IMG/VR virus record: IMGVR_UViG_3300009159_000032
DNA: 64,000 nt
Reading direction: 5' to 3' (one strand)
Source: a virus
Part shown: positions 1-9,577 of the stretch, piece by piece
Layout of the letters: every line of letters starts with the position of its first letter
Position numbering within the stretch: the first letter of the stretch is position 1
The notes under the pieces: model-generated
Told to the model about the DNA's origin: nothing
Databases searched by the model: none
Seen by the model: the letters and a program-made list of their open reading frames with translations, nothing else
Program-made: the position numbers and the translations under genes

Positions 1-1132
1 CAGCCAAGTCAGCGTAGGTAGCACTGTTTGTAGTAGCATTGAGTGTTGTGGCATATACCGTACCAAACCTGTTTGCAACTTGTCCGATATTTCCAGACCC
101 GCTTGTTCCGTTTTTTGTTATGCTAGATGCTACAAAAGTATCTGCATAAACTGCTCCAAAAGGATTATTGGTACTTCCAATATCAGTATCCTGACCAGTT
201 GCTGTTGTTGGTAATATTCTTAAACCAGATGTAGCATCTAAACTAATAATATTATACAATGTTCCGCCTTCAGTTGATGAAACACCAAATCCCATATTAG
301 TAAGTCTAGTTGTAAATTGAGCAGAATCAACTAAACTATCTTGTATAAAAAATCTTAAATTTCCAGACTGGATATTAATTCCTGAACTATTACTTGTAGT
401 TATTTGAGAAGAAAATGACGGATTTGTATATAGTACATACTCCGAAGCGTTTCTACCACCTAGTCTAAAAGTATCAGCGGCACTGCCCCATATTACTGGA
501 TTTCCGCTAACAGATTCTCCAGTAGTTGGATCAGAATTTACAAAAGTCATTCCTTGTACTACTTTTCCAAACCCAGCAACAACAGGAGTGCCTATTTCAA
601 ATTCATCATAAGAAGTTATTGCAACTGTAACAACATCTAATGATTCTGTTGAAGGTTGAATTTGATGCAATAATACATTATGATCATTACCTAACGTATC
701 AGTTAACTTAGTAAAAACAATATTAGTTGCATTTTGTTCAACAGTTTGAGGTCCGATTAGTTCCTCAACTGTACCGTTCCAATAGAATAATTGCCCTCTA
801 GATTCATCATACCATAAATCTCCCTTGGTTAGAGAAAGGTCACTGCTATTTGAACCTACTCCTAGAGCCGGTAAACCTTTGAATTCTGATCCGTTATAAA
901 ATTTTAATTTTTTATTTGACGTATCATACCATATTTGTCCTGTAACTGGTCTAGCTGGTTGTTTTGAATTTGCAAAATTTTCTAAAAGTTTAATCGAATT
1001 GTCATTGACAAATTGTCCGTAACCTGCATAATTTTTTCCTACTAGTGTAAGGTCGCAGGCTGTGGCATTGATTGCGCCGTCGTCGACTGTAGTAAGTTTT
1101 GAACCATTTGTTTTATTAATATTATATGCCAT
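1..1132 (-). CDS. Tail fibre/baseplate-associated protein (paralog family A), partial, runs off the window start
   Basis: Not in the ORF track (no stop in window). Hand translation from ATG at 1132: MAYNINKTNGSKLTTVDDGAINATACDLTLVGKNYAGYGQFVNDNSIKLLENFANSKQPARPVTGQIWYDTSNKKLKFYNG. Same N-terminal module as the next three ORFs. Ends at ...SATYADLA at the window edge, matching YYADIAE of 1136..2593. Confidence 0.85.
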   Translation of the reverse strand, partial: MAYNINKTNGSKLTTVDDGAINATACDLTLVGKNYAGYGQFVNDNSIKLLENFANSKQPARPVTGQIWYDTSNKKLKFYNGSEFKGLPALGVGSNSSDLSLTKGDLWYDESRGQLFYWNGTVEELIGPQTVEQNATNIVFTKLTDTLGNDHNVLLHQIQPSTESLDVVTVAITSYDEFEIGTPVVAGFGKVVQGMTFVNSDPTTGESVSGNPVIWGSAADTFRLGGRNASEYVLYTNPSFSSQITTSNSSGINIQSGNLRFFIQDSLVDSAQFTTRLTNMGFGVSSTEGGTLYNIISLDATSGLRILPTTATGQDTDIGSTNNPFGAVYADTFVASSITKNGTSGSGNIGQVANRFGTVYATTLNATTNSATYADLA

Positions 1133-1135
1133 TTT

Positions 1136-2593
1136 TTATCCTCTTACTACCATTACTTCAATTGTTCCTATATCATCAGAATCGTAGTCCTCTAATGCTT
1201 TTCCGATCAATGCTCCTGGTTTAGGAAATATTGTACTAATTGCTGTTCCTATTAGTTCTCCAGAGACCAATAAATCTCCTTTAGAAATTTTTCCAACTAC
1301 ACGACAAGGCACACGCCCAACAAGAGCAATTGCCACAGAATTTTCTAATTCTGAATTTAGTATCTGAGCAGGATCTGTTGTGACTATGCCAGCAACTTTT
1401 GAAGAATTAATATCTGTACAGGCAGTCACTTCGGCAGATCCGCCAAACATCACTACTGTCCCAGACGAATAATCTTTATCTGAAGAATATCTTTCTGCAA
1501 TATCGGCATAATATGATCTAGTTCCTGCAGGCAGTGTTAAAGCCGATCCGCCACTAAAAGTCCATTGACCGGTTATTATTCCAGATGCACTAGCTCCACC
1601 AGCATTTAACCCAGAAGTAAACACACTGGCCCAACGTGCATTGGCTGCGCCAAGACTAATAGTAGCGTCGGCTCCTGGAGAAAGTTTTCCAGCAACACTA
1701 AAGTCACCTGTTAACGTAACTGGAGATATACTAGACCCGCCATTTAATTCACTGGCATAAACTTTTGCAAATTTAAGGCTAGAGCTTCCTAACAGTGTAC
1801 TTGAATTCCCCGGAACTATGCTAGTTGCAATGATTTGAAATGGGTTTCCTTGAGTGTCAATATAGGCATTATTACCACCGTCTATGCCAATTTTAGTATT
1901 ATTAAAACTAACTGCATTTGTAAAAGTATAATTTCCAGTTATTGTTTCATTACTAGATTTATTAGCATAAGCTAGTTCAGAAGATACATCGGCTCCTGCA
2001 TCCATTGTGATGCCTCGACTAATAGAAGTTATGCCTGCTTGATATACTGCTTCTGTTGATTTTGCAGTAAAAGCATCATTAGAAATTACTCCGATTATCG
2101 CATCGTCAGCATACAATACGATACAATCGTGTGATACTGATCCAGCATCTAAAATTGCAACTGATTCTAATTTTGTTTTAGTTGTAGCGCCGATTACTTT
2201 TTCTGGACCGATTAAAATAAATCCATTATCGCCCTTAACATATAATTGCTCGTTATCTGTATCAAACCAATAGTCCCCTGTTTGGGCATTAATTGGTAAT
2301 GTTCCTGTTGATTCTGAGAAATTAAAAGACTTCCACTCGCTACCGTCATAGATTTTAGGTTTTAAAACGCCAGGAGTTCTATCAAACCAAATTTGACCTT
2401 GTATTTTATTAACAGGTTCTACTGTTCCAGCAAAATTTTCTAGCAACCATAAAAAATTATCATTTTGATATGTTCCATAACTAGTTACATTCTTACCAAT
2501 TAGATAAAGACTAGAAGAAGCCTGTTGATCAATTACACCATCTGCAATGGTAGTAAATGCCCTTCCGTCAAAATTATTTAAATTATATGACAC
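1136..2593 (-). CDS. Tail fibre protein (family A) with C-terminal Peptidase_G2-like intramolecular chaperone domain
   Basis: N-terminal LIGKN..YG...N.NF..LLENFA...P....GQIWFD module. C-terminal YADIAERY..GTVVMFGG..KVAGIVTTDPA..ALVGRVPCRVVG..KGDLLVS..IGKALEDYD motif. Confidence 0.75.
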   Translation of the reverse strand: MSYNLNNFDGRAFTTIADGVIDQQASSSLYLIGKNVTSYGTYQNDNFLWLLENFAGTVEPVNKIQGQIWFDRTPGVLKPKIYDGSEWKSFNFSESTGTLPINAQTGDYWFDTDNEQLYVKGDNGFILIGPEKVIGATTKTKLESVAILDAGSVSHDCIVLYADDAIIGVISNDAFTAKSTEAVYQAGITSISRGITMDAGADVSSELAYANKSSNETITGNYTFTNAVSFNNTKIGIDGGNNAYIDTQGNPFQIIATSIVPGNSSTLLGSSSLKFAKVYASELNGGSSISPVTLTGDFSVAGKLSPGADATISLGAANARWASVFTSGLNAGGASASGIITGQWTFSGGSALTLPAGTRSYYADIAERYSSDKDYSSGTVVMFGGSAEVTACTDINSSKVAGIVTTDPAQILNSELENSVAIALVGRVPCRVVGKISKGDLLVSGELIGTAISTIFPKPGALIGKALEDYDSDDIGTIEVMVVRG

Positions 2594-5017
2594 TTACGCT
2601 CCTCCTAGAGAAATTAGCCAATTTGAATATGTTCCAGTTGATCCAATAGTTGCACTTGCAATGGTTATGCCCACTGTTACTGTACTGATATATGATGAAC
2701 TAGATCTACTTGTGAGTGTTCCTGTTAATAAGTTTAACAGTGTTGTTTTATCTTGAACTACTACAGGTGCACCAAGTCCTAATGTTGCTGGTCCGCTGGC
2801 CTGCATGTAAATTACAGCACCCGGCGAGTAAGAGAATGTTACTGTAGTGGCCGCAGGTAATAGCGTTGGCAATGCTGGAGTAATTGTCACTGTACTGGCG
2901 GTAGTGTTTACACTAACAACTGTGGTATTTGTAGTGATAGGATTAGCAGTTATCTTATGACCACTTCTAATTCCAGCAACACTTGGCAATGATATTGAAG
3001 TCAATGACGATGTAGTCGGTGCTACTGAGTTAAATCTCACAGCATCTGGTATATCAGCCACATATATGCTGTCATATGAATTTAGATATTGTGTGTCAAT
3101 TGTTCTTACAAATGTCCAAGATCCTGCAAGAACTTGATAAAGTCTCACTGTTCTCTCAATCAAAGGCATAGGAGATGTAATGGTTATACTACCAGCTAGT
3201 TCAAAATCTGTAACCACAGTAGTTGTATTAGTGACAGTAGACCCTACAGACGGAACGTAAGTGATAGTCTGTCTTCTTGTACTGGTATTAAGATTGTCAA
3301 TAATATAAGTTGCTGTGGTTGCTACGTAATTTGTACACAATACTGAAACACGGGATCCATCAGGCTGTGCATATTCAGCATCACCATATCCGTCAACAGG
3401 TAGAGTAAGTTCTAAATAAGACAATATATCATCATCAATATTATCAAAATCAGTAATATCTAATGATAATGTGTAGGGTTTACGTCCATAATAACCGCCT
3501 AACTGTAATGCCAGTTCATTATCAACATATCTTTTGTTTGCACCATCATAACCTGCTGTAGGATCAGGCATATGAATAATTTTATTTGCATAGTTTAAAT
3601 TAACATTGCCACTACTAGGAGCCAGATATAAATCAGTAATACTAGGATTTACTAGTGTTGTGATACTGGTTCCAGTTAATTGAATATTAGTAATTGTTAA
3701 TGCTGATAACACAGGAAGATTTGTTAATCCTGGAGCAGCAGTAACATCATCACCGAGTCTATATTTTCCAGGACGGCTAGTGTCTGCCAATAAAACATTA
3801 GTTCCGCTGATTTTATATCTTTGATTATCGCTGGCTAAATTAACATCAATGTTTGACTGCCAAGCACTTATTAGAACACTGTTAACTACAGCATTTGTAT
3901 AGGTAAATTTATGATCTGTAGTTCCATGTAATATAATGCCGCCGCCCTCAACATAGGCGTTAGTTGCAGTTGTCTGTCCTGTGGCTAATTCAATATTAAT
4001 ATCTTGAACTTTAATTACACTTACATCTAAAGATGTTTGTGTTCCGATAACTGTTAGTCCGCCTCGAACGATTACATCACCTTGAATATCGACATCTGCA
4101 AGAGGGTTACGTCTACGTATACCTATTCTACTATTTGTAGAATCAATATGCATTGCCACTGCATTGGTGCCGGAAGAAACATTGTTGTAACGAATTTCTA
4201 AAGGTCTACCTTCAACTGTTCCACCAATAACACTTGTTCTAATTCCAGATGTTGTAACAAAAATTGCAATATCTGTATCTGTACCGATGCGAAGGCCATA
4301 GTCATTATATACATTAATTTTGCCAGTAAGGTTAAGATCGTCAACTTCAGTTAGTGCTGTAGTTGGATCAAATCCTGCTATTGTTTCGGCACTGGTAGCA
4401 GTTCCATAAAATTTAACACCAATTGTGGGATTAAGTGTAAGGCCAGGACGAATAGTTGAAGTATTATAATAAGCAAATTGACTGGAAAGAGGATTAATAT
4501 TAATAGTCGAAGTTGTCATTATTGCCCATCTTAGACCATTAGAGTAAAACTCAGTGGTAGGCACATCATCATTTAGTATGTAATCAAAGATACTAGATTC
4601 CTGCCAACCTTCAAGACCTGTTGTATCTGAATAACCTTTACCTGCTAATACCCACTCAGAACCATTCCACCATTTGAGAATACCGTCATTGGTGTCAACC
4701 CACATATCACCTACTACTGGATTAGTAGGTGAAGTATTGCTAATAATTGGACTACCGATTGGTTTAAATGTACCTGTGGTGTATACTTTTAATCTATTTT
4801 CACTGGTATCATACCATGTTTGACCTGTTATAGGAGATAGTGGTGCTGTTAGTCCCGCAAAATTTTCTAGTAATCCTACAAAATTAGTGTTTAAATACTC
4901 TCCGTAGTTGTTAATATTTTTTCCTACTAGAGTTAAACTAGTAGAAACTTGGTCTACACTTTGATCTGCTATTACTGCTAATGTTCGTCCATTTGTAAAT
5001 TTAATAGTGTAAGACAT
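2594..5017 (-). CDS. Tail fibre/baseplate-associated protein (family A), 807 aa
   Basis: SLTLVGKNINNYGEYLNTNFVGLLENFAG..GQTWYDT module; Thr/Ser/Val-rich beta-fibre body; coupled to neighbours. Confidence 0.75.
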   Translation of the reverse strand: MSYTIKFTNGRTLAVIADQSVDQVSTSLTLVGKNINNYGEYLNTNFVGLLENFAGLTAPLSPITGQTWYDTSENRLKVYTTGTFKPIGSPIISNTSPTNPVVGDMWVDTNDGILKWWNGSEWVLAGKGYSDTTGLEGWQESSIFDYILNDDVPTTEFYSNGLRWAIMTTSTININPLSSQFAYYNTSTIRPGLTLNPTIGVKFYGTATSAETIAGFDPTTALTEVDDLNLTGKINVYNDYGLRIGTDTDIAIFVTTSGIRTSVIGGTVEGRPLEIRYNNVSSGTNAVAMHIDSTNSRIGIRRRNPLADVDIQGDVIVRGGLTVIGTQTSLDVSVIKVQDINIELATGQTTATNAYVEGGGIILHGTTDHKFTYTNAVVNSVLISAWQSNIDVNLASDNQRYKISGTNVLLADTSRPGKYRLGDDVTAAPGLTNLPVLSALTITNIQLTGTSITTLVNPSITDLYLAPSSGNVNLNYANKIIHMPDPTAGYDGANKRYVDNELALQLGGYYGRKPYTLSLDITDFDNIDDDILSYLELTLPVDGYGDAEYAQPDGSRVSVLCTNYVATTATYIIDNLNTSTRRQTITYVPSVGSTVTNTTTVVTDFELAGSITITSPMPLIERTVRLYQVLAGSWTFVRTIDTQYLNSYDSIYVADIPDAVRFNSVAPTTSSLTSISLPSVAGIRSGHKITANPITTNTTVVSVNTTASTVTITPALPTLLPAATTVTFSYSPGAVIYMQASGPATLGLGAPVVVQDKTTLLNLLTGTLTSRSSSSYISTVTVGITIASATIGSTGTYSNWLISLGGA

Positions 5018-5023
5018 TTTTTG

Positions 5024-7261
5024 TTAAACCTTGATAATATAGTTCATAGCCAGATACGGATTCATTACCTTTGATCGATAGAAGCTAGATGTTGTTCCGC
5101 CGAATGTTGCAACTGGTGATAAACTATCTTGTACTGCATATTCCGATCCACCAGTTACTGTTGATGTACTGCCGCTTACTGCTTGAGCTACGTTTGGAGA
5201 ATTTGCTCCAGTTACTCGATAAGCAGTTCCTGGACTACTCGAAAATCCGTTATTCATATCATCAAATCCCAAAGGAAATCTACCTCTTAAATCTGGTAAT
5301 TTAAACTGACTTGCAATAATTGTTTTTCCGTAGGTATAGCCTATTGCAGAAAATAATTGTGGATAGTCGGTTTTATCAACTGTTGAGCCGTCACATAATA
5401 ACCACCATGTTCCGCCGGGAGGATTAGGTAATTCAATGCCGGCAAAAGGTATTACAGTACCTGCTGGAATTAAAAATTCATATACATCAGCTAACATTGT
5501 AGATTTTGTTGCACGATTAAGACCTTGTACAGCTGGATAACCAGCTAGTCCTCCTGGTCCAGGAAAAGAAAATCCTGTAATACTGCCTTGACTATTAATA
5601 CTATCAACTTCTATTTCAATGTTATTGATACCGTTTTGACCGCCTAGTGCTGATCCAAGAAGTATAATAGTATCATTGACTAGATAATCAGTACCTGTTG
5701 ATACAATAGTTGCAGTAGTATATGCTCCGCTAATTCTAGTAACGTTAAAAGTTGCACCAAAGCCTGTGCCTTGCCTTGCTGAAATATTTGTAAAATTAGT
5801 TCCGCCAACTGCAACCAATATCTCATCTTCTCCGACCATAGTTCCTAAAGGATTTCTATTTTGAATTGCAGACGAATCTAGCGTAGTGACCATTGTATAA
5901 GTTCCGCCAATACCTCTGTATCCTACTTTATTTGATGTAATTTCTCCTGCTAGATTAAAATCTGAAATAGCAGTTAATTGTGTGGCGCTAGTTGCCTTAC
6001 CGGTTAAATCACCAATAAATCTATTTGAATATATTTCATAGAAAGTTGAGGAACTTGTTCCTATTCTATATTTGTTACCTGTTAAAGGAGAAATAAGATC
6101 TCTAGCAGGACCTGTATAACCAAGTGCGCCAACAAATACTCCGTTGACTAATGTTGCGGTACTATTGAAAGTTGCTGTAGTGGACAATGTTATAGAATTA
6201 GAAAATACAGCTCTATTAGTAACAGTAAAAATTCCAGTAACTTCTAAGTTACCCGTGATCAGTGCATCGCCTATTAAATCAAATTCTTTTCTTGGTAATA
6301 TATTGTTAATACCTACTCTAGGAGGATATGTGCTACCTTCTAGTGTTAATACTTCGTTGTATAGATCATCTCTAAGAATTCTAAACCCAAATTTTCCTGC
6401 ATCATTTATATTTTCTGTTGCAAAACTATTATAGAAATTATTTTCTCTTGTGGCTTCTTTTTTTAATTCAAATGTGGGATCAAGGCCAATTGTTAGTCCA
6501 TTTTTTAAATTTAATTTTCCGTTTATAGCATTATCAATATCATTGCGAACAAAACTATTTCCAGGAACATAGGCTCTTGCTGGACTGGTAACAAATACAT
6601 TCTTAGATGCATAAGCAGTGGCATTGAGAGCTGCACCATTTGCAGAAGTAAGATTTAAACCTGCTTGTATTGTTGGGATTCCGTCAATTTTTGTCTGTGG
6701 TGTAAAACTATCATAACTAATAATTTCAACAGCATTGCCGTCAACATAATTTATAACAATATTGTGATAATTTCCTGATGTGTCTTTAATGCTTTCTGGT
6801 ATTGATCCTGTTTTTAACTCAGTACTTAGACTAGGACCTACTAATGTCCATGCAGCACCATCTAGTGTCAAAAACAACTGAGCTCTAGCAGTGTCAACCC
6901 AAATGTCACCAGCCACTGCACCGTTTGGTGAGGTTCCTTGCTGATAAATTCCGTTAATTGGTTTCCAATTTGCACCGGCTGCGGTGCCGTCATTGATTCT
7001 AAGTTTTTTATTGTTTTCGTCTGACGTATCAAACCATAACTGCCCTTCTATAGGATTTCTTGGTGGTTCGTTATTAGCAAAATTTTCTAACAGATGCAAG
7101 AAATTTGTTGATATCGCTTCTGCATATCCAGATGCATTTTTTCCCACAAAGGTAAGACTAGTGGCATCTCTGTTTAATCCTGCATTGCCTAATGTTGCAT
7201 CTTCTACAACAATGGGATCATTAATTTTTGCACCATCGGAAAATTTAATAGTATAACTCAT
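5024..7261 (-). CDS. Short tail fibre-like protein (family A) with C-terminal phage tail collar domain
   Basis: Family A N-terminus. C-terminal IPAGTVIPFAG..WLLCDGSTVDKTDYPQLFSAIGYTYG..FKLPDLRGRFPLG is the tail-collar signature; ends with the NPYLAMNYIIK motif. Confidence 0.85.
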   Translation of the reverse strand: MSYTIKFSDGAKINDPIVVEDATLGNAGLNRDATSLTFVGKNASGYAEAISTNFLHLLENFANNEPPRNPIEGQLWFDTSDENNKKLRINDGTAAGANWKPINGIYQQGTSPNGAVAGDIWVDTARAQLFLTLDGAAWTLVGPSLSTELKTGSIPESIKDTSGNYHNIVINYVDGNAVEIISYDSFTPQTKIDGIPTIQAGLNLTSANGAALNATAYASKNVFVTSPARAYVPGNSFVRNDIDNAINGKLNLKNGLTIGLDPTFELKKEATRENNFYNSFATENINDAGKFGFRILRDDLYNEVLTLEGSTYPPRVGINNILPRKEFDLIGDALITGNLEVTGIFTVTNRAVFSNSITLSTTATFNSTATLVNGVFVGALGYTGPARDLISPLTGNKYRIGTSSSTFYEIYSNRFIGDLTGKATSATQLTAISDFNLAGEITSNKVGYRGIGGTYTMVTTLDSSAIQNRNPLGTMVGEDEILVAVGGTNFTNISARQGTGFGATFNVTRISGAYTTATIVSTGTDYLVNDTIILLGSALGGQNGINNIEIEVDSINSQGSITGFSFPGPGGLAGYPAVQGLNRATKSTMLADVYEFLIPAGTVIPFAGIELPNPPGGTWWLLCDGSTVDKTDYPQLFSAIGYTYGKTIIASQFKLPDLRGRFPLGFDDMNNGFSSSPGTAYRVTGANSPNVAQAVSGSTSTVTGGSEYAVQDSLSPVATFGGTTSSFYRSKVMNPYLAMNYIIKV

Positions 7262-7263
7262 TA

Positions 7264-7917
7264 TTATGCTCCGACTCCGCTAATGCTTTGAACTCGCACA
7301 GTATAATCAATCTGTATCATTCTGTTTAGACTTTTTTGTATAGGATGGAAAATCACATGTGTTAGTAATAACGTGCCACCAGTAGAATCATATCCTACAA
7401 GACCAAGTTCATCAAACACATACTCACCGTCCAAATTAGAACTATTATCAAAGGCTGCTTGACCGCTAGGTTCTCCAAAATCTAATAAACAACTGACTAA
7501 TAAGTCACTATAGGTAGTCCCAATCAAATGTCTAGACTCCATAAAATTTCTTGTAGGGTCTAAATTTGCTGAACTAGCAGCGTCTACTGATTTAGAATAT
7601 GTTTCATTGTACAGTGTAGAATTCTGACCAATTGTATTAGGTGTTAGATATGTGATAATTCCTGTTGGATCAACACGACTGCCACCATTGCCAAAAGCCA
7701 TTTTACTGACCCATCCATATCCTTGATTACCAATACTGTTTACTAATGCAAGACTAAAATTTTCATAATGAATGGCATTGCGTTTGCTTACAAACACTTC
7801 TTTGGTTTGAGGATCAAAAATTTTAATGTGCCCTTGAAGGCTCACACCGCCAGTTTCGTCTGGTTTTTTGTTTTGTTCCTGTTGTTTATTTTGTTTTATT
7901 GTATTTTTTTCTTGCAT
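7264..7917 (-). CDS. Baseplate/tail-fibre attachment protein (weak resemblance to fibre N-terminal baseplate-binding domains); likely start at the second Met (7917)
   Basis: ORF track 7264..7923. KMAFGNGG..., FDELGLVG..LLTHVIFHPIQKSLNRMIQIDYTVRV. The late-promoter-like GATAAGTA (7930..7923) overlaps the first ATG and lies 5 nt before ATG 7917. Confidence 0.6.
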   Translation of the reverse strand: MQEKNTIKQNKQQEQNKKPDETGGVSLQGHIKIFDPQTKEVFVSKRNAIHYENFSLALVNSIGNQGYGWVSKMAFGNGGSRVDPTGIITYLTPNTIGQNSTLYNETYSKSVDAASSANLDPTRNFMESRHLIGTTYSDLLVSCLLDFGEPSGQAAFDNSSNLDGEYVFDELGLVGYDSTGGTLLLTHVIFHPIQKSLNRMIQIDYTVRVQSISGVGA

Positions 7918-7922
7918 GTTCA

Positions 7923-7930
7923 TACTTATC
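7923..7930 (-). promoter_or_regulatory. T4-type late promoter variant GATAAGTA
   Basis: Intergenic, 5 nt before ATG 7917. Confidence 0.5.
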
Positions 7931-7932
7931 CA

Positions 7933-9576
7933 TTATGTAACTACGTTGATTGTATTGCCCATTGCAGCATGAATTGTACATTGGTAATATAATGTTGTTG
8001 GGGCATTCATTGGTACTGTTATTACTGTTGTTCCTGTTGAACTACCACTAACTCCTGCGGTATAGGCTGCACCACCATTGCTTACTCTAATTTGAAAAGG
8101 GTGACTTGCGCCTGCATTATTAACAAAAGCATACGTAAAACCTCTATGTAGATAAAGAATAGGATCGTCAGTGTTACCTGCTACAATACCTGGTCCAGTA
8201 AATGTGTAAGCGCCTGTTCCGTTATTGGTAATATCCCAGGTCAATCCAGAAATACCTATTCCAGTAGCTCCTGTCGGTCCAGTTGCACCGGTCGATCCTT
8301 GAGGACCGGTAGCGCCGCCTGGATCCCCTGTTGCACCAACTGGGCCTGTTGCACCTGTGGCACCTGAGCCAGTAGCACCAATTGGGCCAGTAGCACCTGT
8401 GCTACCATTATTTCCTATTGGTCCAGTAGCGCCTGTAGAACCAGTAGCGCCTCTCGGACCTGTAGACCCTACAGGTCCTACATCTCCAGTTCTTGCAAAA
8501 GTCAGTACAACATTTGTCTGATCGTCAAATCTATATACACCACTGACATAAGCACAATCAATTTTAAAGTAACCAGATTCTTCAGTGATAGAAGTAATGG
8601 TAAAGATAGTAAAATTGCTAGGCAATGCATCAAGGCCCATTCTAAAATGTCCTTTTAGCGGGCTAGTGCTATCGTCAATAGTTCTTAAAAAACTTTGTAA
8701 ATCTGTACCGTTAATATCGTTATCGTCGATATATAAAATTGTAGCCTCAGGTAAAGATTGACTATCAAACTTAACTCGACCTGCGCCAGGATCTGTATCT
8801 TGAGTATTAGTGGAGAATCTGTAACTAACTGTAAGACCACCAAAACTTCCAGAAGGTCCTGTAGATCCTGTAATACCAGTACTGCCTGTTAGGCCGGTTG
8901 CACCAGTCGAACCTTGTGGTCCTGTACTACCTGTTGACCCAGTTGCACCTTCTCCGGTAGCTCCAGTAGACCCTTGAAGGCCAGTAGCGCCGCCTGGGTT
9001 ACCAGTATCTCCTTTTGGTCCTGTTGCACCTGTTGCGCCAGCAGGTCCTGTTGCACCTGTTGCACCTTGATAACCAGTGTTACCGATTGGACCTTCAGGG
9101 CCGGTAGCACCTGTAGATCCTGTTGTACCTTGTGCGCCTGTTGCGCCGTCTGGGCCTGTTGCACCTACTCCGGTAGCACCTTGAGGACCTGTTGCACCTG
9201 TACTACCAGTAGCACCATTAGGTCCAGTTGCACCAGCGCCTGTAGCACCTGCTAGTCCTGTTGCGCCGATATCTCCAGTAGCGCCAGTAGCGCCAATATT
9301 ACCGGTTGCGCCAGTAGAACCATCAACACCATTTAAACCATTAGAACCAGTTGAGCCCGAAGGACCAGTAGCGCCTTGTACACCAGTAGCACCAGTTGCT
9401 CCTGCGCCAGTAGCACCTTGTAAACCTGTTGCACCGGTTGATCCTTGTGCAGATGCTTGAATTTGTGCTTTAAAGTCGCTAAAAACTACCTTGTAACTAG
9501 TTCCGTCAGAAACAACTGGAAAAATTGTTGCATCTGTTACATTGGTTAGTGTCGTAAGTTGTGATATTCTTGCCAT
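7933..9576 (-). CDS. Collagen-like (Gly-X-Thr) fibre protein with central globular domain and C-terminal cupredoxin-like domain
   Basis: Two long G-X-Y blocks (GAT/GST/GPT) separated by a ~115-aa globular domain; C-terminus [34 protein letters not shown]. Confidence 0.85.
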   Translation of the reverse strand: MARISQLTTLTNVTDATIFPVVSDGTSYKVVFSDFKAQIQASAQGSTGATGLQGATGAGATGATGVQGATGPSGSTGSNGLNGVDGSTGATGNIGATGATGDIGATGLAGATGAGATGPNGATGSTGATGPQGATGVGATGPDGATGAQGTTGSTGATGPEGPIGNTGYQGATGATGPAGATGATGPKGDTGNPGGATGLQGSTGATGEGATGSTGSTGPQGSTGATGLTGSTGITGSTGPSGSFGGLTVSYRFSTNTQDTDPGAGRVKFDSQSLPEATILYIDDNDINGTDLQSFLRTIDDSTSPLKGHFRMGLDALPSNFTIFTITSITEESGYFKIDCAYVSGVYRFDDQTNVVLTFARTGDVGPVGSTGPRGATGSTGATGPIGNNGSTGATGPIGATGSGATGATGPVGATGDPGGATGPQGSTGATGPTGATGIGISGLTWDITNNGTGAYTFTGPGIVAGNTDDPILYLHRGFTYAFVNNAGASHPFQIRVSNGGAAYTAGVSGSSTGTTVITVPMNAPTTLYYQCTIHAAMGNTINVVT

Positions 9577-9577
9577 G

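Noticed and set aside
8889-9255. Gln-rich (91 aa) and Cys/Thr-rich (93 aa) ORFs
   Set aside because: Alternative-frame and antisense readings of the collagen repeats.
8260-9444. CRISPR- or TIGR-like array in the 9-nt repeats
   Set aside because: Repeats are in-frame collagen codons without spacers; no spacer-type array was seen anywhere in the window.
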